In this document: in pieces, positions 49,701-61,610 of the stretch
Numbering within the stretch: the first letter of the stretch is position 1
How the letters are laid out: each line of letters opens with the position of its first letter
Assembly (NCBI RefSeq): GCF_964355755.1
Contig: NC_092670.1
Span: forward strand, 33,902,388 to 33,966,387
Reading direction: 5' to 3'
DNA: 64,000 nucleotides
From: Antedon mediterranea
Taxonomy: Eukaryota; Animalia; Echinodermata
Notes under the pieces: generated by a model
What the model saw: only the letters and a program-made list of their open reading frames with translations
What the model was told of the DNA's origin: nothing
Database searches by the model: none
Translations under genes and position numbers: made by a program

Positions 49701-52700
49701 TTTATTATTATTACAGGTAACGGATATAAAAAATCTGTACAAGCAGATACGAGATGACTGTGATTTCATGTTTAAGGAGTGTTATGAATCCGCGTGCAGA
49801 ATGGCTAGGTCAGTGAACATAGAACCATCATTGCCAAGATGTGTTGCACGGCAAACCCACAGATCCAATGCGCCAGCGAGCTCCCCAGAGGAGTACTACA
49901 GGCGTAATTTGGTCATACCATTCCTTGACCACGTTATAAGTGAACTAGAGGCTAAGTTTTCAGCTATGTATATATCACATTAAGTACAAAAATATCAGCA
50001 AAAGTTGTTACCGTTGTTATTTCATATTTATGGCCATCAATATTTTTCAGAGCTGGAAATTAACAGTTCAAAGCTGCTTGGTTTAATTCCATCAGTGATA
50101 ATAGAAAAGCAAGTAGATATTTCTGCAACAGTAGCTCTGTACGAGGATGATCTGCCATCACCGGAACTGGTCTCTGCAGAAATGGTCAGATGGAAGGCTA
50201 AGTTCAAAAACATGGAGAAAGCGGCCTTACCATCCTCTGGTGCTACAGCAATAAAACATTGCGATAGTGAAATGTTTCCGAACATTTTTGTTCTTTTAAA
50301 ACTGGCGTGTACATTTCCAGTAACGTCATGTGAATGTGAACGAAGCGCAAGTGTGTTAAGAAGACTTAATACGTATACTCGGTGTACCATGAATGAGGAT
50401 CGATTGTCAGCATTAGCCCTCATGCATATCCACTACGACATTGATATCGATGTCTCAGAGACAGTCAATATCTTTAGTCAGCTAAATCCACGAAGGATGC
50501 AATTAAAAAACATCATTCATGAGTATAAACAGGGTCCGTATATGTTATGGAAAATGATTTAGTTTTCAATGTCATTCATTGAACTGGAAAATTTACATTT
50601 GTTTCATTCTTAAAAGAATAAAAGAATTAAAAGAATATTGTTTGTATTGTTTTAGATATAAAGGTTCAAACTGATGTCATAAAAGCATATAAATAGATTT
50701 CGAATAATTGCGACACGACCGTTACTAGATTTCAAGTTCTGTGTCGTCAGTCGTCGTCGAGAGAACCTGCAAAACAGCGCATTCTACCTCTCCGCCGTGC
50801 GCACAATGAATTGACCAATCGTCGCAAATCAAAAAGCTTCCTGATTGCTTTCACGAAATTGTTTTTATTCAAATCTATAATATATTTGATTTTTTCCTTC
50901 TTACACTGGAAGTGCACCGGCTTCCGCTCACCTATCGTCGAAGCAACATAAAATTCCGAGTGAATAATGATCAAACAATCCCACAAAACACGCGCATCTA
51001 ACATACGGCAATTTCCAAAAAAATGTTATAGTTATTCACGTGTTTTTACCGGAAATAAAGTAATACAAATAGTTTTGCGTACTGCTAGCATGCTACACGG
51101 AAGTGTTATTTCCGGCCAAATAGTTCCATATCTTGAATTGTATGTGCGAGAGCGAGAATACCATTTCCGGCCATCTAAGGGTGTCATTAAAATTCGCTTC
51201 GCCACAGGCCCTACAATTTTGGGGGGGATGAGGGGGTTGGTGGTCATTGCTTAAATATTTTGGGTCCGAACCCCCCCCCCCCACCTAGTCAGATCCTGGC
51301 TACGGCCCTGCTTCAAACCTTTGCAAATCACTGAACATTTTTCTAGGCTACCGGACTCGATCCCGTAGTCTATAGCTCGCATAGATAAATCGAACGCCCT
51401 CTCAGCCGATGTTACGTGATGCTACGCCTGAGGGCGCACTACCATATCTAATGTACACATGGCTCGCTCTCTCTCGATCATCGTAGATGTTAGCGAACGT
51501 GTTATTATATGTGCTTTAATAAACACTTGAGTAATCACAAGCACTAGAGTCTATTCTCGTTTCTTTCATATGGGTATGACACACGAAACATGGTGGCAAA
51601 GGCGTGAAACAAAATTAGACAACTAATGATAAAGAAAACGTTGTGTAAGTATAAGGAAGATATGGAAAGACAAGAACGTTTACGTCAAGAAGATATGGAA
51701 AAACAAGAACGTTTACGTTTCGCTCGCCTACCATCTAGGTCGTGTCCACAGATGGTTCTCGAATACACAGAAATGTCAGCGTAAAAAAAATAGCGATTTT
51801 AAATGTGCGTACCGCAGGACTATAAATACATTGTCTTCAGAAACGAATAAATAGAAACGATGATTAATGTAGTCAACTGAAATTAGCACCCTGGGAATTA
51901 GGCCTACTTCTGAAGGTGAAACTTGAGTCCAATTTTTATAATAACATTAGAGTTGAGGGATGGGGAAGAGGATGGGAAGAACAATGTTTAAATATATTCT
52001 TTATCCACTCAGTAACGAAATATTGTTTCAAATGTTTTATAGGTCTATCAATAATATACCACTAAACACAGTAAAACATTTACGATTTAATACTTTTTTT
52101 TAAACTGTTCCTGTTATAGTCGATTGAAACGGTAAAGTATATGTAACGATACACCACTACGACGTTTATATTTTGTATAATTATTAACTAATACAAACGT
52201 TGAGAAGCAACTGTCAGTAATAAAGTTTTTATTTGTATATTGTGTGTTTATATATCCATCAGTAGAGCCTACCCACAGTCACAGTAATAAATGTTCTTTG
52301 TATAATGTGTTTATATGTCTAATAGAAACCACATTCTCAGTAAGAAAATTTCTATTCAAATGGCGACCAAAAATGGTTAATACGTATATATACAATATTT
52401 TCAATAATAAAGTATTGCAATAAGTTTATTCTTCAAGGGCTCATAAATTTACCTACAAACTGGGAGTTTGAGAGATTGGAATGTTCCATTCATCGCAAGT
52501 CAATACATTTGTACTAACGTAGGCCTATATTAAATCAAAATAGTATTTTTTAAAGAAAATCTGCCTGTCTTCAACATTATGATACTGTATTCGAGCTGTT
52601 CAACCGATTTTCAGCTATTAAAAACAATTATCGTAGAAGGAAATAGGAAAATGCGAGGCATCTTCGTATTATTGTGTGGAGGTATTTTTCAAGAGGACAT

Positions 52701-55700
52701 CCATTAGACAGTGTATTCCACGATCGGAAAACACCCCTATTTGGGGCAAATCGTTGAACCTAAATTCGTTTTAATGGTCAATAACTAATTATCTAACTCA
52801 ATTTAATTATTAAACAGAGTTACATCAGGTGGTTAAAATCAGTACCGATATTCTAACCAACTTTATATACCATCGAGTAAACATTCTAGAAATAACGCGC
52901 GATTTACCAAATTTTGGCCTTACGTAATTTATATATATAGATTATGTTCTATTTTATTATGCCGTATTTAAAAGTTGTATAGACTAAGAGTGGGTTAACT
53001 TTTGCCACATCCGTGTATACTAGCCCCCAAAAACTCAAACAAAGAGTTTTGAGATTAGAAAGAGGGGGGGGGGGTGTAATAAATTACCATTCCTTAACAT
53101 AGACAGTAACATAGTAACTACATAAACATTCTAGAATAAAAGTATGTTTAGATTTTAAAAACCATGTATAATTAATATAAGAACAATCAGGAACATTCCA
53201 GAAGTGCTATTAATAGAAACTGTAATCCAATAGAATAAGAAGTATAAAGAATGATCTAGAAGGATAGGATCATCTTGTATATAAATGGATGTAAAACTAT
53301 TGTAAAGTTGTTGGATATTAGATTGTAAAAGTTATTGTGAAGCTGTTGTTTAAAGTGCTTACTGGATTGTTGTAAGTTGAAATTGATTGAAATTAAAGCT
53401 TTGTTTTTTAATTTATTTTACAACTTTGTGGATTTCCTAAAGTATTTTCAACCACTCGGAAACATACGTAAAGGGAGTTCGTGACAGTAGCGTCCGCTGT
53501 AGTTTGTGTGAAGTCTGAATTAATAATAGTTGTGCTATCATTAGTGTAACTGTCAACATAAGCACACATTTAAGGCGATCTATTGAAATATTTTCTGTGC
53601 GATCACCAAGATCAATTTTGAAATGTTTAGGTGTCCGTGATAAAACTTTAAAGGGTCCTTTATATGGGGGTTCGAGCGGTTTCCTGATTGCGTCTTTCCT
53701 TACAAAAACGTGTCTCGTGGCATATAAAAAGGGCGTTGATATAGTTGTCGTGAAGTTGCTCGGTTAAAAATTGTAATCGTTTGTCGTAAATTCTTAGAAG
53801 CGGTATAAAATTCACCGGGTACGGATATTTGTGTACCATAAATTCGTCCAGCGACGCTGTGTCCTAGATCTATCTTCACTGCGGTGCGTATACCCAGTAA
53901 TACTGAATGTAAATTTTCCGTCCATCGATTGAAATCGTTTTGTGCTTTCATTTGGCTGCTGGACTATCAGTTGGTAATTAAACCTTAGTACCTTGCACAT
54001 CATCCTCTGGATAAAGTCCTAGAAAGACGTAATCTATTTTAAAGCAAATAGGGTTATAATATTCGTCAAAACAACGAAATAAATGAAGATGAATCAAATG
54101 GTGAAATTATAGTACAAAATATAATCCATATCATACATCATACATTGTAATAAAAACAAAACATGTTGTCACATATTTTAAGAACTTTTAAGAACTTCGT
54201 GTAATAAAATAATAAAATTGATAATGGATGTTACTAAATCATTTACATTTTAGTGACACAATTTGCCGATGCTAAACAAAGTTCGACGCATGGTTCTGGT
54301 GCTAATGCATATAAAGCTATTGATGGAAATACAGATGGATTTTTTTTAAGAAATTCATGTACCCATACAGGTAAATTTTTTTACATTTATTATTTATTAA
54401 CGAATTATAGCAGTTGCTGGTAAAGTACTGTGTCTATTCCACAGTAGGCCTATACTTCATTACTATTGAAATAAACAACAAACGAATTGCTTAACTACTG
54501 CGAAGTAGCTTTGTGTCGAGTGGAAGAGATAAGTAATATTGTTTGCCCTCTACTCTGACTTGATTGTATTTATCCTTAAGTACGTTATCGAGAACATTCT
54601 CAGGTTAGACTTTAGAACATCGATCTTGCGCTGAACTTGTAAAATAAAGTACTAGACCTGCTCTATGTGTCTATTTCTTGCATTGTATTTTCTGAAATAT
54701 ATGAGAATGCCCTTCCCCTGAGTTCAAGTTCTTTTTTTATCTATTTAAGCTGAAGAACTTAACAATCCTTGGTGGTATGTTGATCTACAATCACAGACAT
54801 CTATTTCAAAGATTGTAATATATAACAGACAAGACTGCTGTGGTAAGAAGTCTTTTAATTCAATGCAGTAATGTAGATTTTATAATCAATCGGGAAATGA
54901 ATGATGATGAAAAAAATGAGTGTAGATTTCCAAATAAATATTTCCTCTGTTGTTGATTCATAAGTAAAGCTCGATGAATAAGATGTCATGGTACGCAGAA
55001 AAAATAGTGTGAAATTCAAGGATGAACTGGTTGACACTTGGATGAGGTCGTACGGTGCAATGTTATATGTATATACATTATATTATTAGGTGATTGCTAT
55101 GTACTGATGTTCGTGTTGGAAATAACACATTAGTACATCAATATACATAATTGTACCTAATCTGTTCATTTTGTGTAACTTTATTGTAACTAGGTGATAG
55201 GCTGGTAGGTGCTGAAGTTCGTGTTGGGAACAACAAAGTTTCACCTTTTACTGGAAATGCACAATGTGTAGCTACTTTAACACCATCTATAGTTCTTTCA
55301 AATCCAATCAAAATGGTATGTAACCAACCAATTACAGGACAATACGTCAGTGTATATCTTCCTGGAAATGAACCCCTCACTCTATGCGAAGTACAATTAT
55401 ATGCAGGTAAACATTAAAGACATCTTCTTTTAACGAAAGCCAATAGGATGATTTTCCCCCTGCAATGAGGCAATTCAATGAAACTTGGAAACGTTGATCA
55501 TGTTATATAGAGCCTGTATCACCTACTAACGTAACAATCAGCTATTAATGTAACAATAACCACTAACGTAAAAAACAACCACTAATGTAACATTAACCAC
55601 TAATATAACCAAAATAAACATCCAATGTTACAATCCATCAACCACTAATGCCAGACATCGACTAGTATAGTACATGTTAGTCCGTCACAAGTCCTCTCAC

Positions 55701-56937
55701 ATTTTCAACATTTGAAAACCGCAGAATACTCTCATAAAAAGTCTTTTCAAAAGTTGTTTCACAATTCTGGACTTTAAATACACTCTTACCCTTCAATTAA
55801 AAGAAGCTTTGCACATCGATATTCAGAAAATAAAACAATTGTCGCATCATCATTCATCATGCTTGTATTTAGTTTTGAAGTTTTTAAATACCCTTGCGGG
55901 TATACCAAAATTTTTTTATGCTGTCAGCTGTAAGGATAATACAGTATATCAGAAAACAAATTTATAAGGGCATTTTTTGTGTTTCAGTTTCTGACCCAGT
56001 AAACATGCGACCCAAATCCCTGTCAGAATTCTGGTATATGTAGCCCAAGATGTGGCGATTATTTAATCTGTTTGTGTAGCAACGCTGGGGGTTAAAGCTT
56101 GGATGGGAGACCATCTGGGAATACCGGGTGCTGTATATGGAGCTGGGGTCCCATTATGCATTTGAAATCAGCACTGCTGACTCTTAAAGCAGCTCCTGCA
56201 TCTAATATCTGCCTCAGACGTATTGGCTTATAAATCTCCTCCGGTTAAGGTGGGCACTGGATCACGAGAGAAGCCCTTGGTAAATTTTGGGACCAGCCAA
56301 TGGTGATTTAAACAATCCTGGCTTAGTCATCATTCAGATGAATGTAAGACTAATTGACATTGTCGCTTACGATCGACAGAAGTCGACCATATTAATTACG
56401 CAATACTCGCTGGTCCACTTAGGTATAACTACATGTAGTGTTTGTATTCTGGGGTATTAAATGAAAACGATAGGCCTCCTTCTCTTTCCCCTATCAACTG
56501 CTCGTCTTCTTCAGGTCTAACAACATCCTTAGGAGTCCTTTTTTCTTTATTCATATTTTATTTCTGTTCTCGACATAACTTTATTTTCTGTTTTCACAAG
56601 TGTTGTTATAAATCATTGCTTTGTTCAATTAATTAATTTAATATTAGAATCAACCTGGATTGATACACGTCAAGGACAGAACGGTCATTTGTCGGATATG
56701 ATGGTTCATAATGAAAAAATCAACATTGATTTACGAATTGCTCATGTTGTTAATTCTCGTTCTGCGATTCGATGCACCGCCTTCTGCCTGCTGGATCCAG
56801 CCTGCGTGTCTATTAGTTTTAATGAAATGGGTACATGTGAGAAGTACAGCCTCGTTGGGAGCGGTAGATATATCAGTAATGAAGATCCTAGCAAGAAATA
56901 CTACGAAAGTAGCAAACACTATGGGGTTACAGTGTAA
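34788..56937 (+). CDS. Secreted F-type lectin (fucolectin domain) + PAN/apple domain protein, ~263 aa; exons 34788-34866, 54254-54370, 54750-54842, 55194-55406, 56648-56937
   Basis: Signal-peptide-like MILLNNIAHMFCLLVVIRADE. FTLD: AKQSST...AYKAIDGNTDG...SCTHT...NPWWYVDL...IYNRQDCCGDRL.GAEVRVG...C...GQYVSV...LTLCEVQLY, with the fucose-binding H...RxDxxxxR triad. PAN-like SAIRCTAFCLLDPACVSISF...CE. All introns are GT-AG phase 1 and the total is 792 nt in frame. Linkage of exon 1 across 19.4 kb is inferred. Confidence 0.85.
39228..39757. mobile_element. TTAA-type MITE (ttaaagatgta.tgtccc family); related copies ~40627-41000, ~58034-58395 and a remnant ~3620-3880
   Basis: Shared TIR ttaaagatgtattgtccc / ggacaatacatcttta; absent from the left arm of the inverted duplication. 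Confidence 0.75.
39787..39945 (+). pseudogene. LINE reverse-transcriptase fragment (mirror copy at ~36630-36790, minus strand)
   Basis: FADDSLIY...LQDDLDHLNTWA...MIFNTSKTKCM, the RT domain 5-7 motifs of CR1/L2/Jockey-group elements. Confidence 0.8.
40361..43210 (-). mobile_element. CR1/L2-group LINE, internally deleted and decayed
   Basis: Minus-strand remnants: LLIIISGDVSLNPRP, a Cys-rich PHD-like start (KCLKCKK...CNMC), APE motifs (IGSIYRPP, LLGDFDIN), C-terminal HxHxTRS, and an aataaa + (AATC)n tail at ~40361-40385. Confidence 0.8.
43266..45202 (-). mobile_element. RTE-clade LINE, internally deleted
   Basis: APE (YNVRTL...DIIGIQEHR; VYAPT; IGDFNAR), RT (DLDFADDIALL; FKYLGS; YGCESW), C-terminus WRKLVVACSAAD*, (GAT)n tail, TSD TCACGCACA at 43257-43265 and 45203-45211. 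Confidence 0.9.
46243..50562 (+). pseudogene. hAT transposase, multi-exon, inactivated
   Basis: TTF-type Zn finger (WLVYS...FCLPC), DUF4371-like LRG...GN...Y.SP..QNELI, catalytic ADE and RGQGYDGA, HCAGH.LNL, TRW, and dimerisation domain PVTSCECERS.S.LRR. Lesions: in-frame TAA at 48985-48987 and a frameshift near 49295. Confidence 0.9.
46678..47442 (+). repeat. In-frame 36/39-bp coding minisatellite (~20 units, [E]EEVEQQDRDDFG)
   Basis: Directly visible in sequence and in ORF 46682..48094. Confidence 0.95.
51410..51720 (+). mobile_element. Gypsy-type LTR + PBS + truncated gag start
   Basis: TG...CA segment 51410-51590 with aataaa, immediately followed by TGGTGGCA (PBS-like), then a short coiled-coil-like frame (EDMERQERLRQEDMEKQERLR) cut by Helitron C. 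Confidence 0.55.
51718..52941 (-). mobile_element. Non-autonomous Helitron, copy C (diverged, 3' end truncated)
   Basis: Colinear with copy A from cgctcgc.taccatctaggtcgtg to ttacgtaa.ttatatatatagat; different middle section. Confidence 0.85.
53058..53486 (+). mobile_element. Polypurine tract + 3' LTR of an LTR retrotransposon
   Basis: gaaagaggggggggggg immediately followed by TGTAAT...GTGACA (53075-53486). Confidence 0.6.
53490..53960 (-). pseudogene. Gypsy integrase C-terminal fragment
   Basis: WTENLHSVLLGIRTAVK.DLG.S...YG...PGEF and, frameshifted, HVFVRKDAIRKPLEPPYKGPFKVL...ISIDRLK (GPY/F module). Confidence 0.85.
56078..56135 (+). pseudogene. 5S rRNA-derived sequence (probable SINE3 head)
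   Basis: cttggatgggagaccatctgggaataccgggtgctgta matches the 3' half of eukaryotic 5S rRNA (CTTGGATGGGAGACCGCCTGGGAATACCGGGTGCTGTA); 5' half absent or decayed. Confidence 0.8.
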
Positions 56938-57088
56938 ATCATTCTTCGCGTAACGCTTACACTCAAATAGCTGCTGCATTGGCAACGAAAGGTCGCTATT
57001 ACGCAAGCATTAGGCCTACATCGGCAGTTCATTTTGAACAAATCATTACCTTTATTATCAATATCAAACATACATTTAAATTAAACAG

Positions 57089-57261
57089 CTGCAAATGTAT
57101 CATTCCTCAATTGTAAGGTATAGCCCGTTTTTTTTTTCTTCACTTCTACACAGTTGCTTATATATATTGTTTTTATTTAGATCAGTATTCATGGACACAT
57201 CGGTTGCAAATGATAATCATTGCCGAAAAGGTTTTAAAAATTCGTGAATAAGAGAATTGTA
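57089..57261 (+). pseudogene. Relic exons downstream of the lectin gene (ANVSFLNCK | ISIHGHIGCK*), paralogous to 7276-7399
   Basis: Micro-exon 57089-57117 with AG/GT. The exon from 57181 aligns with the 7276 exon (tattcatggacaca..ggttgcaa; attgccgaaaa; a|gtaagt) but has an internal deletion and stops. Confidence 0.55.
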
Positions 57262-60200
57262 GTAAGTTCTACATTAAAATCGTCTGTAACATAAAGAGAC
57301 AATGCAATGTGTAAAATAAATAAAGTAATTTTTGTCAGCATATTTGTTGATGTTTTTTAATTAATTGGAATTGAAGACTAAAGACTAAATGGTTTGAATT
57401 GGTTTCAATTATCCAGCTGGAAGAAAAAAATGATAACAGAAATACTAATACTCTTAAACTGATCTCTTATATTAAAACTGTATGACTGTGTTGTTGTGTA
57501 AAGCTTTGATTATTACTGTATATTATTTGTATTTAAATGCATATGTTATTAATGTTATGTTGATTGAAGACAAATGGGGATTTGTAGAGGCTAGATGATT
57601 GGGGGTGGGGGGGGGGGGTTGTGGATTCGTAAATATCAGGGTACTCTTTGGTTTCATTATTATTACATTTGTATTATTATTGTTGTAAATCTTATAGTTA
57701 GCATTGTAATGTGTTTTTAGTAAATTTTGATTTTAGAACGCACCTTCATAACGAAGTCTGCCACTGTTACTGTATGTTCAAATACATTATTATTATTACT
57801 AAAAAAAACTAAAGCGTTTCGCGCTCAAACAAACAGACGTGACTGATTATAATCAAAAATGTTTTGTTAAATTTTTAAATAAAATTGTTTGGGAAACTTT
57901 GTTCAATGAAAACCGAGAAGGAGTCAACGCACGTGCCCAATAAATGCTTAAATAAAGTCCTATTGGTAAAAATTGTTTATCGTCCTATTTTTTCAAAAGC
58001 GTCGGTAGGGGGCGGTTCTTTTTCTAAGGTAGTATTAAAGATGTATTGTCCCCCTGGAAATAATTTGTTTACATTTTTTTTTTTTTTGAATATGCCATTT
58101 TAATGTCACATAATAGTTATTGACTTCGACCAAAAATTGAATCGAAAAAAAATGTATTTACCTGAAAAAATGGAATTTAAAGCAAAACATTTTCAAATTG
58201 GCTGCCAGCCGATGGATTTTTGGTTGAATTTAATCATTTATCATGTTAGTTTATAAGTGAAAACATAATTTTTTTCAGTTTTTTTTTTTCTACGGAAGTG
58301 ATTAACTTTATTAAAACTACAAAATAATCTATTCAAAGTCTGATTTAATTAATCTTCATTTTTCATGTTTTTTTTTGGGACAATACATCTGTTAACAGGT
58401 GTACAGGATAAGTCAGGCAGATAACAACAATCACGATGCTCAGTAATAAATCTGTCAAAGTATCTTTATTCTTTTCTCTTTCTTTCTTTAATTTGAGTAT
58501 GGTCGAGGATTAAGAGGTTTCGAAACTTCTGAACCTTCCTAGTACACTTGAAATCTTCCTTTATCTATTAACAATATCTTAAAGTATCTATCTAGTTTTC
58601 CTATGAAACTATACTTTAAACTACACTTTGGATGTTTAGTTCCCCTATAGAACTGCGAAACCATCTTTAACACATGGTTTTTTTTTGCCATCATCCTCCG
58701 ATCATGTCGAAGGTTATCGCTAGAGGGCTAATCTAAAATAATTATCTAGCGCCCTCATCTATATGTATCTTATGAACTTTACAACATCTTTAAGGTGGGA
58801 ATATATCAACACAGCAAAAAATACAATATGACAGAAGAAAGATTATCATCATTATTATTATTGTATTACTTTTAACTACCATTATTCATTTCATTTGTCA
58901 GGTTTTTTTGTGGGTTTTTTTTTGGGGGGGGGGGGAGCGGTTTTATTATTATTTTTGGTAGTATAGTCATTATTGCAAAAATGTAGAAAAGAAAATTATG
59001 TCGGGCCAATTTTCTGGGTAGAGAGGGAACAATAAACAATTTTTTTGTTCAATACGATTTTTTATGTTTAATTTTGTACGCGAGAGAGTGTTGTGTCATT
59101 TATTGATGTCATTGAACTTCTCCATGATATATTATTATTTTCATTAAGACAAAAAAAAAACCAGTTATACGGGGGTTTTTTTTTTCAAATGTTTGCAGAA
59201 TAAACCACATAGAGCTATTCTGTATTTTAAGCAATGGCAGTGCCGTTGGTTTATTGAAAAAATAACTCAACAGAAACTCCGAAACTAATAATAGTCTGTT
59301 ATACTTAAGTATAAACATTTATTTTATTAATCAAGCTAGCTAATACTAATTTTTAATTTAATCTAACTAAGCGTCTTTGTAAAGTCTGTGTAATTCAAGG
59401 TTTGGGAAGCTTAACAAATTTCAATATATAAATTATAATTTACAAAAACTATTAAGTATAAATAAATGATAATAATAATAAAGTATATTATAGTAAATAA
59501 GAATATTTAACATACTTATGAATTACAAAAACAACCAACAAGGACTGTTAACAAGAAAATAACTGTGCTAGCTTTCTACATGTGAACCTTAAACCCTGGT
59601 ATAAGCAATCAATATAACAATTAATTAATTAATTAATTGTTTGTTCTTCTTAATAATGTGATAAACTTTGCCGTTTAACGATTTCCTTTTAACGAAGTAA
59701 AGAAAGCAACAACATTTCAGGCAAAAACTCATAGAATAGGATACAGTGTATGCCTATAAACACAATTAAGTGATAATATATAATTATTATTTTTCGGTAT
59801 TACGAGTCTTAAGCACTGTATACACTTCACCTTAATATAACATTTACATCTCTATACTTTTAATAAAAATATTATTTTATAACACATCGTTCGACGCATG
59901 GGTACAAAAGGCGTACCATAATGCATCAATGCATATTCTTTTAAAGCGTCACACTGACGTCAATATTTTCTATGACGTAATACCATTTTTTTAATTTTAA
60001 AGTTACATTAGTAACACTAAACCTAACATCGTCTAAATAAAATATTTATTACAATTATTACAATCTGTAAAATATTAAAGTAAGCATTTTAAAAAATATT
60101 TTTATGGTAATTATTAGTAGTAAATGTATGTTTTGTATAAAATGTTATGTAACCGCCACAACCTTTTATTATTCACTATTCTGTGTAAAAAATATTATAA

Positions 60201-61392
60201 ATCAGTTGATAAATGAATTCGAAAGCGTACGTGTCACGTGCTCATATTGCGTAGTAGTATGTAAATTTACATTATCAAGCCTTTACAGTATATAATTGAG
60301 GTTTGGCTTTAAATCGTTGATTTTTGCAGTTTGATCGTTTGAATGCTGGAATGTGATATTCTACACAATGGTTCTTTATATTTTCCCTCAATACAACCCT
60401 TTTTGGTGTTTTATTAGTGATATGGTGACCACTATATCTTATACACTGCGTATTAAATATGCTATTTAGACATCAAAGTTTTAAATCTTTTTGTACTTAT
60501 TCAATTTAAATGTTGATAAATAAACTTAATTCTTACATCCATGTTAATCGTTCCTGTCATGCGTTTCATTTCAATAAGAACGTAGAAATAATATTGTATA
60601 TGTTTGAAGGTTTGCATGGCGAAATCAAATGTTGATATAAGTTTGCGGTACACCACGTATTTTAGTTGTGAAAAGAATTGTTGATTTTGTCGACGTTCCG
60701 ATCAATATGCTTTGATCGTTCTCTAGAGTGAGAACATTTATATCAACAATAATATTGCACTTGCCAATAGATAAAAATTACGTTCGAATTTACCTCGATT
60801 GTTTGATCAAAAACATAATATCATATTTTATAACCTGTACAAACTGCATCAGAAAAAGTTGTTAAAGAAATGTTCCTGTCACTCGGCCGCAATATTTCTT
60901 TTCGTACATAAGTTGGGGACCCCTTCATGATACGTCACATGCGATCTTCCGAATGACTATCGCTGATATGTGTCATGGGAATCTAAACACCTAACACCTA
61001 AACACAATGTTTATATATTTATTAATAGTGAATTGACATTCTGCTACAACTTAAGCTCTGTCTACACTATTAAACTTTATGTGACAACAAAATGTAATGT
61101 GCTCATAAATGGATATGATGATGTCATATCACTACCATATTTGGCCATATCACTACCTTTATATTGGGCACATTATACTTTTTTTTGTAAAACTAGTTTA
61201 ATAGAGTAGATTCAAGACAAGATAAACGATATTCTGATCTTTACAAAATGTTTTCCATTAACGAATATATTCTCGCGAATAGAACATTCCTGAGTTATGA
61301 TATTATGGTTGCGCATTTTTCCACGTCACAATAATTAAAATGTTAATACGCATGCTCATTAGTGAAAACTCGATTTGAGCGAATAAAGTCGT

Positions 61393-61610
61393 CTAGTGGA
61401 TAATAATAACTGTAATAATTACCTTTTTGTAACGCTCTTGGTCCGCTTCCTTTCGCACAACGCAGTTGGTGATGGTATATGCAAGAAGGGCTAAGAACTT
61501 CAAACACAGGAAAATACCGATGTATATACCGATACCGTTCAGCATCGTACAGCAGACAATCGCCTTCTTTCTCGCACGAGAAATCACGAATCCAACAACC
61601 ACAAATTTGA
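61393..61610 (-). pseudogene. SLCO/OATP C-terminal fragment
   Basis: C..W...SCEKEGDCLLYDAERYRY, then in a shifted frame YIGIFLCLKFLALLAY..., matching the OATP CxxW...CxxxGxCxxYD loop and last TM helix. Frameshift near 61525. Confidence 0.7.

Larger units (their letters stand above)
45904..51310 (+). mobile_element. Full-length hAT transposon (ZMYM1/P52rIPK-like, Tip100-type)
   Basis: TIR caggcccgtagccagg / cctggctacggccctg enclosing a spliced transposase gene; CTTCA flanks both ends. Confidence 0.9.
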
